A stretch of DNA of 64,000 nucleotides from Eledone cirrhosa (GCA_964016885.1 OZ024743.1:269266001-269330000), one strand, 5' to 3'; shown: positions 42,631-56,644, counted from the first letter of the stretch. Notes: generated from the sequence alone by a model not told the origin. A program made the numbers and translations.

Positions 42631-45097
42631 TTTCGAGGTACTTAAATAATTTATCATTCTACACAATATGTTCGATACGAGAGTTCGCTGTGAGTGAAAT
42701 GGTTGCGGCAGGTATTAAAACAACCGTAGTCATACATACTTGTTGCCTTTTCACAACAAAGACCTGAGCATTGAACCACCAGTTTATTGGTATGAAGTTA
42801 AAGAAGGTGCATGTATGGCTAAATGGGAAAAAGCTTCACTTCACAAACATGAGATCCCGTGTTCGATCCCACTGTGTAGCGTTTTGGACAATTGTCTTAA
42901 ACCATAGCCACGAATTGCTCTAAGAAACCTTCTGAGTGAAATTGGGTAGACGGAAACTATATAGAAGTCTGTCAGATTGATTGTACCTATAATTGAAAAG
43001 TTTAGTCTTGTCACATATTGCCACGCTGACTTGATTTTGGAATCACATTATGACTACACGTGTCAGTGGAATACTTAACCCCTTACATGGTAATTTCTGA
43101 GATGCACGGTGAATTGATTGAACAATTGATAGCTCATCTTCTAAATTGACGGAGAACCCTTTATAATTCAGTTAAATCCCGCTTTAATACTTTTATTTCT
43201 ACGTTGTCCGATAAGATATTTTTGACTAGATTTAAGTGGCATTACTTTTAAAAAGTCGGTGAATTGGCTGTATCAGTAGAGCGTCGGACAATATGCTTTG
43301 CGTTCAGATTTCGTATCCCGTCGAGGTTAGCTCGCCATTCATTCTTAAGGGGTCAGTAAAAATAAAGTACTAGCAATGCACCGGGTCGATGTAATTGACT
43401 TCTCCTTCCACAAAATTGTTGGCCTTGTGCCTAAATCAGAAAACATTATTTTTAAAAGGTCAATACTTAGTTGAAGAGGTAAACGTCTTGAGATAGGACT
43501 TCAGCCTGTTATTTTCTTGTAGTTATTGTTGTTGTTGTTGTTTAGCCCCAGGTAAATTCTAACAAAGCAAACTTATGATCAAAAGACATCCCAGCTATGT
43601 TTTTAGTTTTTCAGATATTTACAGTGTGTTCTTCCAAGGGAGAACTTGACAGTTATTTCTAGGCGGTCGATTAACCACATATAGTCTCCCTCACTGGCTG
43701 TTAAGGTAAACGGAAAAATCAGTGTCTAATTCCCGAGAGCTATCCGGATTTGGGCGCATATAATTAAGTAAAGTGTCCACATACTCAACAGGAGGCCCGC
43801 GTTGGATTGGAACTCGGGATTTATTAACGCAAACATTTCATATCTACCTTGTCTTGACTCCTGATGGAATTGTACAAGTGGACCCCATGCCTCTCCACTT
43901 CTGAAAGTACTTATTTTGTTCTTTACATGATTTAATTAGAGGTGGAGGAGCAACGCCCATGGATATTTACAGTGTCTCCGAGACTGGTGGGATGAAGAGC
44001 GGAGGTTCTGCTCGGAGCACAAACCTGACCCAAATGTTTGCTACAGAGTGATTTCCGAATAAAGGCACTCGAGAGCCAGGGATGATTTAAATCTGTAAAC
44101 TAGGGGCAGAAATGATCCCACAGACGAAGTTTTCAACCCAAATATATGATAGAGGGAACGTCAACATCTAAAGGCATAAACGGGGAGTTCCATAAAAAGG
44201 TGCCCCCAAAACAGGGAGAAATAAGGCAAAATGGGGAGATTTTACACAATGAAAGCTATACTCATTTTCACAAGAGAAAACATCTCTCACCTACCCCAAA
44301 GTGGGTGGGAGATCTCCTCGTCAGACGGGGAGAGTTGATAGGTCTGGAACGTACTTAATGAGTCACGAAATGGAATCAAACTTAAAACCACGTAGTTATG
44401 AAACGAATTTATTAACTATTTTGATACCAAACCGCCTGAAATCGCCTTTGGTTATACGGTATGGAACTATTCAAATTGAAATTTTTAATTTATCTAAAAA
44501 TCTTTTTATCATAAATTTATGAATGAATCTTTGTTAAGTTATGTTACAAATACCAGCTTAAAATGACAACGTTATAATAGTTATAATAATATATCCTTCC
44601 AAATTTTTTATTATGTTCAAAATTAATTGAAAAGGATCAGTTGTTCATTAGGAATGTGGTCAGGAAAGGGCTAAACATCATACAGTCATGCTTGCACCCA
44701 AGATGATACATGACTAAGATAAATTCGTCCAGAAACGAAACGGAGATATAAAATGTTATGTTTACCGTACGGAAAAAATTATCATATTACACCATACAAT
44801 GCTTAATTTTAAACGAACAGATCAATTTCCTTCAGCTGCCGCATACTAAAATATTTGATGAATGGAAAAAATACTGTTTTCGTCTTAGCAACTAACTAAC
44901 AAACCCAACTGACCTTAGGGGTCACCTAATTTTTAAGCATAGACTATCGAACTAGCTTCAGTTTATGTCAATTGAAGATCGCGAAAGTTACGACTGGATA
45001 ATCTATACGAAATTAGAATATGGAATTTAATACACTTGTTCACCCTCTCTCTCCATTCTGTGTCTGTATGTCGGTATGTTTACGCATGTACAGACAT

Positions 45098-45305
<208 letters not shown>

Positions 45306-45317
45306 GTATACATACAC

Positions 45318-45454
<137 letters not shown>

Positions 45455-45625
45455 TAATAGCTAATCGACATGGATTCTGATGGTATTAATGACGTGAGTC
45501 CTTTCTGGCTCTTCATACATGCATATATACATACGCAAACACACACACATACATACATACATACATACATACATACATACATACATGCACACATACATAT
45601 ATATATATATACAAATATATATATG

Positions 45626-45678
<53 letters not shown>

Positions 45679-45764
45679 ATATAAATATATATATATATAT
45701 ATACATAAATATATATATATACATAAAATACATATATATATACATAAATACATACGTAATTACG

Positions 45765-45814
<50 letters not shown>

Positions 45815-45880
45815 TACTGTATATGTATATATATATACACTGTATATATATATATATACACTGTATATATATATATACAC

Positions 45881-45926
<46 letters not shown>

Positions 45927-46001
45927 TATACACTGTATATATATATATATACACACATGCGCGCGCACACACATATATATAGGTATGTATATATATATAT
46001 A

Positions 46002-46111
<110 letters not shown>

Positions 46112-46489
46112 ACACACACACACATATATATATATATGGTGGTGGTGGTGGGTTTCTTGTTTGAAATGTCTAGTGTACTAATTATGGTGATCTAACTCTA
46201 ACTTAGTTTCTACTTTCCACCGACTTTGAGGAGAATTTGGCGGCTTACTCACTGTTGCTGTTAATATTATGACATTACACTTTCTTCTTCTTCTTACTGC
46301 CACTACTACTACTACTACTACTCTTATAAACACACCATGTTGGTTGTAGTAATATATGTAGTGGTGGTGGTAGTAGTAGTAGAAATAGTAGTAGTAGTGG
46401 TACTAGTAGTAGTAGTAGAAACAGTAGTAGTAGTAGAAGTACTAGTAATGGTAGTAGTAGTGGTAGTAATAATAATAGTAGTAGTAGTG

Positions 46490-46548
<59 letters not shown>

Positions 46549-48028
46549 TTTGTCACGGATTCCAAGCTCACATCATATTTCTTCTAAAAAAAGACAATTT
46601 CCGTCCTTTAATTGTCTTAGTATCAGATTGTTAGTGTTATTGTGTGTGTGTGTGTATGTGTTCGTCTGTGTATTTGCATGCGTGCTTGTGTATAAATACA
46701 TGTGTGTATATGTACGTCGTATTATGTTTGAGAGCATGTGTGTGTATATGTGTGTATGCATTTGTATGTGAGTGTGTTTGAATGTATGTAAGAATGTCTG
46801 TGCGTGTATGTATGTTTGTATTTATGTGTGTGAACGTGTGTGTGTACATGTATATTTATATGTGTGTACATTTTTGAGTATGTAACACGAAATAAAGCGT
46901 CTTGTTCAAGGATACAACGAGCCACCGAGAATCGAACCTATGACCTTACAATTGGGAGCCGAATACCCTAACTACTATTCCACGTGCCTTCATGTATAAG
47001 TGAATACTGTCTCACTTTAAGCTGCCTTCTATCGCCCTCCACACACACACAAGCAAGCACACACTTCCACACACATCCACACACACCCATACCCGCAGAC
47101 ACACTCACGCACAGACACATACACACACACCCACATACACGTAGACACACTCACGCACACACGCATACATTTTGTAACCTCTGACCCGCAAAAATTAATG
47201 TACACACAAAAGATTTGTTACTTAAAATAACGTAATTAATAATTGTATTTATTGAAAACAATCGCTTAGCAAGCTGTTTCTCTTAACTTGTTAGTCACTT
47301 TTTTTTTTCAAATACCATATTTTGCACGTCACTAATTTACATCAAGCTCTTATTAAATCATACCACTACAATTTTATTAGACATAAGAAATAGTTTGTGC
47401 CAAAATTATCTCGAAACAACTTCAAGTTTACATTTGCATAAGCATTCAATGCGTACATACTTTTGTCATAGGGGGAAAAATAACATAACTAAACAAATCT
47501 AATTGCATAGCATAAAATTTTGGGGCGCAATGATTACGAACAATTAATACTAGTGTTGGGTAACTAAAGTTATCTTTGCATTGGTTGCGTGATAGTGTCT
47601 CCTTGTAGTACTCTACAGCCCTGTTAAAAACTAGCTTCGTCTAACAATAATGATTTCTAATTTTAGCAAAAGGACAGAAAATGTTGGGGAAAGGTATAGT
47701 TGATTAAATCAAACCCGTTACTTGATTGGTACATAATTTCATTCACTACAAGGATGAAAGGCAAAGTTGATCGCAGCGGATTTTGAACTCAAAACGTAAA
47801 AAAAAAAAAAAAGCAACAATTAAATGCTACGAACCATTTTGTCCGTCGCTCTAACGATTCGGCCAAATCAACCATCCCCAGACTGCATAAACAATAAGCA
47901 GGTATCAAACATGCTGCAAATAAATTACGAGAAATTCCACAGTTGCAGAAAAAAAGATGGAAAACAAGCACCATCTCTATCAGAGAAATGTTAAGAGCCA
48001 AAACAAATATCACAATAGCATTTCATCA

Positions 48029-48219
48029 CAGACCTGCCGGCCTCTAAAAATCCAACGGGGAATACCATAAAAAAGTGCCCCAAAATGGGGAGAAATGAGG
48101 CAAAATGGGAAGATTTAACAGAATGAAAGTTATACCCATTTTCACAAAACAGAGGAGATGGGGAGAAATTAGCCAAACGGAGAGATCTGCCAGTCGGAAG
48201 GGGAGAGTTGATAGGTCTG
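48029..48219. mobile_element. Short MITE with CAGACCT...AGGTCTG termini (hAT-like); partial copy ~44180-44346
   Basis: TIRs CAGACCTGCC / GTTGATAGGTCTG, internal GGGAGA repeats, two copies. Confidence 0.6.
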
Positions 48220-48880
48220 CTATCAGTTTTGCCAACCCACCTCCCTTTTTGACAGGGGTCTTAATCAGCCTCTATTCAAATTCAACCCTTGACAATTTCA
48301 CGCGGAAATGTTTTATTTCCAGAAGAGAATAAAGTGACCACTGGCGCCGTTAAACCAGTGAGTATTTCAGATGGACGGGACTGAAATCCTCAAACTAAGA
48401 AGGTTATCGAATAATGAGTGATGAAACTCTGATTTCAAACAACGGCTGCATTGCGATTATAATTATCCACGGGAAAGCTTCCCCAAGTAAACCCGAAGGA
48501 CACAGCAAGAGCCAGAGTCCTTAAGATATTTCGATGCTGTCTTCAACTTCGTTCTGGAAACCACTGTGACCACACCGGTGTTAAGCTGTATCAATACTAG
48601 CCTGTTATTTGAACAACATGTGCAGAGGGGAGAAGTGCTACATAAGCAACTGTTTGTATTCTACATAACCATGACCATGTCTGCACAATGGAGAGGGCAC
48701 ACACTAACATCATCTTGCTACAAAAGCAAGAGCTTACTGCGTGGTTAATTGCAGCTACAACTATGACTTTTCTATCAACAAAAACTGAAGCAAGAGTTTC
48801 CAGATTCAGATCCATGGTCTTACGAGATTAACGGATGCCATCGCCTCTTTCTGTCTCTTCACTTCTTTGTTCTCTCTCTC

Positions 48881-48945
<65 letters not shown>

Positions 48946-49489
48946 TCACATATGTATATATAGTCAGACAGATGGCGTGATGAAGCTGAAATTTCGACGC
49001 CACTGCTATTTTTCTACACAGATAATACAAATTGTACTCTACTTACACGCATTGAGTGCACATTGAGTTAATGTTTGAATGCTTTATATACTATAGGCTT
49101 TTAAAATCTCATCCTCATATATATATATATATATATATTTATTTATTTATTCTAGCCTAACAATAGCTAGAGACCTAGGTCGTAGAACTTGATTTACTTT
49201 TTTCTTTACACTTATCCGCTTTTCTTCACTCTCAGTATTTTTTCTTTCATATATATTTTTACCCCCCATTGTTCTACCTACCGTTCCGACTTCTTCCCCC
49301 TTCCCCCTCCCCTGTATCTTCTTTGACCTCATGCCCAGCTGTAGCTGGCACTACCAACGCTTGACTGGGTCTACTCCACCCCCTCCCCTCTTTCTCCTAC
49401 TGGCAGGTTTAGCCACCATCTCCCCTACTAATTCGCAATCACAGAATTACTACTGATTTTTGACAATCACTTTGACCATATATGGAATT

Positions 49490-49583
49490 ACCCCTTGAGA
49501 AGATCGGCTATTTAAATACCAGGATAAATTTTCATTTAGTCCAGAATTGGCCGTCGAAACGGCTTGAGCTCAGCCGTCAGGGT
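49490..49583 (+). ncRNA. Degenerate type I hammerhead (core TTGAGAA) at the end of a (TA)n-flanked element ~49140-49595
   Basis: ACCCC-TTGAGAA-GATCGGCT..GGCCGTC-GAAAC-GGCT-TGAGCTC-AGCC-GTC^AGGGT. Confidence 0.6.
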
Positions 49584-49593
49584 CTTACTGGTT

Positions 49594-49640
<47 letters not shown>

Positions 49641-50029
49641 TGAAAATAGAATTAGAAGCTTTCACCTTATATTGACTACAGAAAATAGTCTTATATTAAT
49701 GCATATGAACCCTTATAACGGAATAAATAGGCATTAGCACGAGTGAGAATCAGACCCACACCTTTATTTTCGCGACAAGCGTGCTAGACCGATTGCACTA
49801 ATATCCCAGCCCTATTTTCCTCCGTTCAATTTAGAAGTTATACAGTTAATAGCAGTAAATATGTAAATATGTTAGAATACGGTGGTAACTGAACATTTGA
49901 AAATAGAATTAGAAACTTTCACCTGAATACAGGAAATCTAACATTAGGGATTTGAATCCCCACAGCAGAACAGTATTAGCACGTGTAGGAATCAAATTGA
50001 AGAAGTAGCAAATCACTGATCTCTAAATT

Positions 50030-51050
50030 ACGTACCCTAACGAGTAATGTTACTCTAAAGATACATCGGAGGAGCCCAATTTCAGCCGTTTACATTCCCG
50101 ATCGTATTCTTTGGGTCATTACCCAAGATTCATGACAATAGGTATGTGTAGGCAGAAACACTGAATTGGTGATACTAAGTTTAGTTTTTACGCCAACCTC
50201 CCTTTTTCTGATGACTGAATGCTGAAGCTGGCACATTACACTGCACCAGCCGCTGCAATTCTTGCATTTAATTTAGCCTCATGCTTTCAATCACTCGTGA
50301 AAAAGGCTCCGAGATACTTGAACTTCTATACCTGCTTAAGTAGACCTCTACTTACATTAAAAAATACACTTACCCAGGATTTCCCGAGAGGACGAGTGTC
50401 TCAGTCTTCGCAGCACTGATTTTTATTCCTATCGTGCAGTATTCGGTAGCAAATCTAACTAGTAGATGGCGGAGATCACCTTCCGACGAGTTAACTAGTA
50501 CCAGGCCTTGATACCACTTCCAAACCTAGTGCGCATACTAATCCTTATGAAAATTATGAACAGGAGGGTTGACAGCTCGCACCATTTGCGGAGTCTGACA
50601 CCTACATTGAGTGGTTTTTAACTTAGGACCATTTATCTTAACACAAATTCTAGGGCATTCGTATAGGAATCTCAAGGCAACAAGAAGCTGTCCATCGATC
50701 TTATAGTCCTGCAGTACCTCCCACAACAAGTCACGTAGAACACGGAAATTTGCCTTTTCGAGGTCTACGAATCAAACTTGCACTTCTTAGCAGTAATTCC
50801 AAGATATCTCGTAAATCCATCACTGTAAATATTTGGTCCACTGTGCTGAATCTGGGGCGAAAACCACACTGTTGGTCAGCTCCTCAATAATTCTTTCTTG
50901 TCACTCTTTTGGAAAATTCGGATTATCACTCCCGATTGATAATGCAGTGGTGCATTTCCAGAGATTTAGGCCAGCTGGCAGACACGAGTCAGCCAGGAGA
51001 ATTGTTAGGACTTTTAAAGAATATCAGTCTCTCCTGAGACATTGCCAAAT
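50030..51050 (-). mobile_element. RTE-clade LINE RT remnant
   Basis: Minus-strand fragments FVDLEKA..VLRDLLWEVLQDYKIDGQLL..LY, FKYLG and YCHESWVMTQRIRS. Same family as 446-860. Confidence 0.75.
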
Positions 51051-51139
51051 GTGAGCACTTTAATTGTGCTTTTACTAGTTTCAGTCGATTTAACCACTGA
51101 GGTAACCACAGTAAGTAAGGCACTCAATACATAGCAGAG

Positions 51140-51256
51140 TAATATAGATGAGATTCTACAGGACTAGAACTGTTTCATTCTTTAGAAATCATCAGGGATT
51201 CCTGCTGATTTCTAAAGAATGAAATAGTTCTAGTCCTGTAGAATCTCATTTATATA
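51140..51256. repeat. Perfect-type palindrome made of two head-to-head hammerhead motifs
   Basis: Centre at ~51198. Plus strand: GGATTC-CTGCTGA-TTTCTAAAGAAT-GAAATAG..CTGTA^GAATCT. Minus strand: CTGATGA-TTTCTAAAGAAT-GAAACAG..CTGTA. A single decayed copy lies at ~4547-4597. Confidence 0.8.
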
Positions 51257-51270
51257 TATATATATATATA

Positions 51271-51975
51271 TTAGAATTGGTGCTCTGAAATAGCCATATA
51301 TATATGAATGTATATATAGTGTATTTTGCAATACACTTTATGCTTAATTAAAAGCATTTCGAAGACCTTATGCTATTGTTTTAGAGTAGTGACAGACTCA
51401 CTTACTTTAATTTCAGCTGAAATTAAAGTAAGTGAATCTGTCACTACTCTAAAACAATAGCATAAGGTCTTCGAAAAGTGTATTGCAAAATACACTATAT
51501 ATACATTCATATATATATATATATATATAGGAAAAAGTATGACCCCGACGGCAGAGCTCAAGCCGTCGGGGTCATACTTTTTCCTATATATATATATATA
51601 TATATGAATGTATATATAGTGTATTTTGCAATACACTTTTCGAAGACCTTATGCTATTGTTTTAGAGTAGTGACAGATTCACTTACTTTAATTTCAGCAA
51701 ACAGGGGGAGATAAAGCTGACAAGGCCTTGTTTCTGCATTTATTGATGCTTATCAAAGCCAACTACTCCTCCCGTCTGCTGAAATCACGGATGTTTGGTT
51801 CTTATAGAATTCTAGTAAATAATCAGGAACTGATTATACAGAGCGGTTGCCGGTCAAGCAGAAATTAAAAATTAGAATTGGTGCTCTGAAATAGCCATAT
51901 ATATGAATGTATAGGTTCTTATAGAAAAGTATGATCCCGACGGCTTGAGCTCTGCCGTCGGGGTCATACTTTTCC
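51271..51975. repeat. Alternating inverted-repeat complex (palindrome centres ~51417 and ~51557) with a degenerate hammerhead at 51715-51762(-)
   Basis: The mirrored ORFs 51373-51636(-) and 51478-51714(+) reflect the symmetry. Hairpin GACCCCGACGGC-AGAGCTCAA-GCCGTCGGGGTC, with a variant at 51931-51970. A related segment lies at 31365-31432. Confidence 0.85.
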
Positions 51976-51990
51976 CTACTGACCATTATC

Positions 51991-52515
51991 CCTACTGACC
52001 ATTATCACAACAATGAACCTCTTTACTACATAGACACACACACACACATATTTGTCTTAAAAGACTTATTTTTCAGTGACTTCTCAATCAGGCGAAAAAG
52101 GACACTCTTCGACAAACCAACATTTAGCGCAAAATCAATTTTTAACATTCACGTGACCTCTACCGACCAATCAAAATTGTTTTGACCACAAGAAATTTTG
52201 CAACACGAATTGGCGCGAAACTTATTTTAATACCTCTGGAGCCACTTTTTTCACATAAAACAGGTAGAATTTCCAAAACTAATCAGATTAGAGCAAACAT
52301 CACGGGCGCTCATTCTCAAAATTATTTTTGAAAAGCATTAGAAATGCGCAACCGGTAAAACTTAAAACTAAAACTGAATACTAACAAATACTTATTACTA
52401 ATTTTTACTTATTCCTAATTAAACTATTTTTCACTGGGAACAATTTGTCAGCATTTTCTTTTCCTTTTACCAATATATCACAACTTGTGTTTTACACCTC
52501 TATTCTTTTAAATAT
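51991..52515 (+). repeat. 5' pseudo-LTR (direct repeat of 56576-57109)
   Basis: CCTACTGACCATTATCACAACAATG...CTCTATTCTTTTAAATAT is near-identical in both copies. Confidence 0.92.
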
Positions 52516-52540
52516 CATATCCTCACACGAGATACAGAAA

Positions 52541-53828
52541 ATGCCAACAAAAACAGATACAACTCTTATCAACACAAATGAAGAGATTCTACAGGAACTC
52601 AAGAAAATTAACACCAACCTATCTGTGCTGGTCGACAAACTTGACTTCACAAATGAGGAAACCGTCACCGGATACAAACCCTCCGAAATCGACGATAAAC
52701 TTCAAAACCTTTGCGATACTATCCAAACTATGTTCACTACTACCAACCCAGGAAAAACCAACGAAGAACCATGTGAGATTGATTCATACAAAATGAAAAT
52801 TCGAACAATTCCAAAATGGAACAAAAGTTCCACATTCTGGAAGATGATACAAAATCACAACAAAGCGGAGATATATGAAAAATGGCTTAACTCAACCCCT
52901 CTAACCCTCCCCCGTAAAATACAAATAAAATCCATTCCAAATGAACCCGAACCTCAAAGACACCTTAGGGAAAGAATGGCATTGGAAAAAATGAAGACAG
53001 AAATTGACATCTTAAATTGAGGGCCGAGACAAATGAGGAAAAAATCAAAACCATCGATGAAGAGATCCTCCTGGAAATCAACAATAAGACTGAAGGCCCC
53101 AAGGTAGAGAAGATCTCTAAATTATGGAAAGGGGACTGCAACAGAGAAGAACTGAAATCCCTTCAAAGCTGGGAAAAAAGTGCTGCTTGGTTCCTAAACT
53201 ATGAATCGACTTTTCAAACTGATTACACCTCCAATAACCCGTTCATAAAAATAGAAAAACCCATAACCGAACCGCACAACAACTTCGCCCCCCCCCCCGC
53301 CATTAACAAGAGAAGAAGGAAGCAGCACACCGAAGATGAACTTCCCAACCTCGCTTCCATAAGAAGGAACAAAAACCCTAGAAATCATCACCCCAGAATG
53401 ACATTTATAACTTTCCCCCTTCAAGGAGACACCATACCAAATCACTCAACTACTACGCGGATGCCTCATCGTCAAACATAGGGAAAAGATACCACCAACA
53501 TGATAGATGTAACAACTTCCCCGCTTCAAGGGGACAGCAAGGTAATTTCCATTTTCTCAACTCTCGCTTCCACAATACACAACAAACCCACACCACACAA
53601 TACAACCAACAACGTAGGCCGCCTATAACACCACAATCCAACATGGCACATAGAAACACACATCCATACTCGCAATACAGGAACTCCCCATTCAATCTAC
53701 AACCACGAACCACATTTTACAACAACAAGGAATATAACAAACACAGGAGACCACTTAACATCAGCAGACAACCCCTCTACCCCAACCATTTTTTAAACAC
53801 AGCACACAGATACAGGCAAACAAAATAA
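52541..53828 (+). pseudogene. PLE ORF1: coiled-coil-rich N-terminus and N/Q/R-rich low-complexity C-terminus (frameshifted)
   Basis: ATG at 52541 (MPTKTDTTLINTNEEILQELKKINTNLSVLVDKL...). Continues through ORFs 53017-53481 and 53643-53828 and ends ...PNHFLNTAHRYRQTK*. Confidence 0.65.
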
Positions 53829-56100
53829 CACAAGACAGGGAGGAGAAACCGAGAGTAATAAAAATTATCAACCTAGCTAGTGCAGAACCAACACCCAACC
53901 TTATCAACTTACTCTCCAAAGGTCTTAAATTCACACCGACCCACTACGTCCTAACTACTATGAAATGAAGGAAGACATCACAGATTTCTGTAGAAAGTTA
54001 CGACTCAGTGAAGAACTATTCGACCAGTACACTGAGGATGAATCATTAGCCAGAAATAGAAGCAACTACACCCCATCAAAAGGTAGAAATAAAATCCTGG
54101 ACGAATTCTGTGAACACATCACAAATTCCCTTACCAACACTTGCACAGACAAAAACACAAGCCAAACCTCAACAAGAAAGAATGGGAAGAATTAAATAGA
54201 TTAAAAAACCGACAGAACCATTACAATTAAAGAGGCTGATAAAGGGAGTACAGTATTCCTAATGGAGACAGAATTCTATATCAACTTAGCGCTCTCCACC
54301 TTGGAAAACGAAACATACTACGAAAAGGCTGAACACTACAATCAACAGAAAATTATGAGAAACCTAAAAACTCTGATCAACCAATACAAAGAAGGACTCA
54401 CTAACAAGGAATTCAGCTTCATCACAGACTTCACAAGTAAATCCAGCCTTTTCGACAGTATCCCTAAAGTACATAAAAGCGAATTAATAAGTAAGGCATG
54501 CAAGGAAGCCACAGACATAGTCATCAATGTCCCCTCACCCAATGATCTCAAATTAAGACCTATAATAGCAGGCCGCGCTTGCGAAACCCACCGCCTTAGC
54601 AACTTCATTGATACCCTTCTCAAGCCTTTTCTCAAACACATCAAAAGCTATATAAGGGACGACCTAGATATGCTCAATCACCTCCCTAATATGTCCCTTT
54701 CTGAACAAACCCTACTAGTGACGTTCGATGTACTCAACCTATACTCCAACATCTCCCACAACCTAGGAATAGAAGCTATCCAATTCTGGCTGGACAATTT
54801 CCACAATGAACTCCCACAACGCATCAAAAATAAATTCGTGATAGAGGGACTCAAATTTATCTTGGAGAACAATTACTTCGTTTTCAATAACAAATCCTAC
54901 AGGCAGAAATCTGGGACCGCTATGGGAACGAAAACAGCCCCCACTTATGCCAACCTAGTCATGGGATACCTGGAAATCACCCTCTACACTAAAGTTCTAA
55001 ACAAATTTGGAAACACTCTCCACTTACACATAGAAAAGAACTGGACACGATATCTAGATGACTGTTCATCCTCTGGCACAAAAACATCGAGAAACTTAAA
55101 GAATTTCACACCCTTATAAATGGGCTCAACACGAATATTAACTTTACGATGGAATACAGCCATCAACAACTCCCCTTCCTCGACATCCTCATTAAGATTC
55201 ATAACAAAAAAATAGAAACAGACATATATTACAAGCCCACAGACTCCAAGCAATATCTTCCTTTCAACGCTTGCCACCCTAGACACGTTAAAATTAATAT
55301 TCCCTACAACTTAGCCAAGAGAATCTGTACTATAGTCTCCAATAAAACACCTGTTACTTACGGCTACAAGAACTAAAGGACACACTCATAGGCAGGGACT
55401 ACTCTGCATCCCTAATTGACAATGGAATCCAACGTGCCCTAAAACTCAGTACCCAGGACCTTAGACACCCTAAAGTAAATCAACTGAAACTAAAAGCTCT
55501 TGCATACATCTCCACACACAACCCACTCAACAATGAGGCCTTTGACACCATCCTCCAGAACATCCCTGTGTTAAAAAAGGACCATAGAATGAACCAAATC
55601 CTTCGAACACACGATATCATAAAGAGCAAAAGACAATCAAAGTAAATGAAAAACATCCTAACACATGCCAAAGTACTGCCAACCACAACAACGAAACCCA
55701 CAGTAAAAAAATGCGATAGACCCAACTGTGGCATATGCATCAACCTAATAGAGGGTTCGGAATTCTATTTCAAAGTACAACGTTTTATAGTAAAACACAA
55801 TTTCACATGCGCATCAGAAAATCTAATATATGTATTAACTTGCTCAGGTTGTCGAGAACAATACATAGGCCAGACCAAAAACAGCCTCCGCCAACGCATG
55901 ACTGTCCATAGATCCCAAATTAAAATACGGGAATACAGGAAAATACCACTGAGAGAACACATTCATACCTGTGCCGCCCAAAATCATCCCAACTTTAGAA
56001 TCTTTCCCCTCTACAAATTTAAAGATAATGCCACCCACACCCAGCGCATCAGCAAGGAATCTCACTTTATTAACAAATATGGACTCCCCTTGCAGTACGT
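53759..56100 (+). pseudogene. PLE reverse transcriptase plus Cys-linker plus GIY-YIG endonuclease (frameshifted)
   Basis: IINLAS..LLSKGLKFTPT; IKEADKGS; PKVHK..LRPIIAG; TFDVLNLYSNI; GTAMGTKTAPTYANL; RYLDD; LPFLDI..YYKPTD; linker CDRPNCGIC; NLIYVLTCSGCREQYIGQT..R..H..H. Confidence 0.92.
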
Positions 56101-56470
56101 ACAATCTGGACACACTCACACACACCTTGGTGTTATGACAATACTATATATCATTTCACACCTTTTATTATTGTTTTTGATGTTCTCTTGAGAGAATCGT
56201 TTTTGCTGAAAACATCGAATAATGTACACCATTTTTACCAGTATCACAAAAATACTGCCCCCCCACACACATACACACATATGCACACACACACACACAT
56301 ATACACACAAACATACACACGCGTACACTAACATACAAAGAGACATATACACACACACACTTCTTCGTATAAGACAAGAGCTGAAAAATATCTTTCAACA
56401 TGTTAAAATATCCCCCACACACGTACAGACACATTCCTACTGACCGATCCCTCTACCACGAATTACTCTA

Positions 56471-56514
<44 letters not shown>

Positions 56515-56575
56515 TTGTCTTAATAGGCACCTGAACTGTTGACCTTTCAACATGACTGCAATTCACACACACATT

Positions 56576-56610
56576 CCTACTGACCATTATCACAACAATG
56601 AACCTCTTTA

Positions 56611-56644
<34 letters not shown>

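Noticed and set aside
49732-49812. tRNA-like sequence on the minus strand
   Set aside because: A/B-box-like motifs are present but there is no complete cloverleaf. It is most likely a decayed SINE head.
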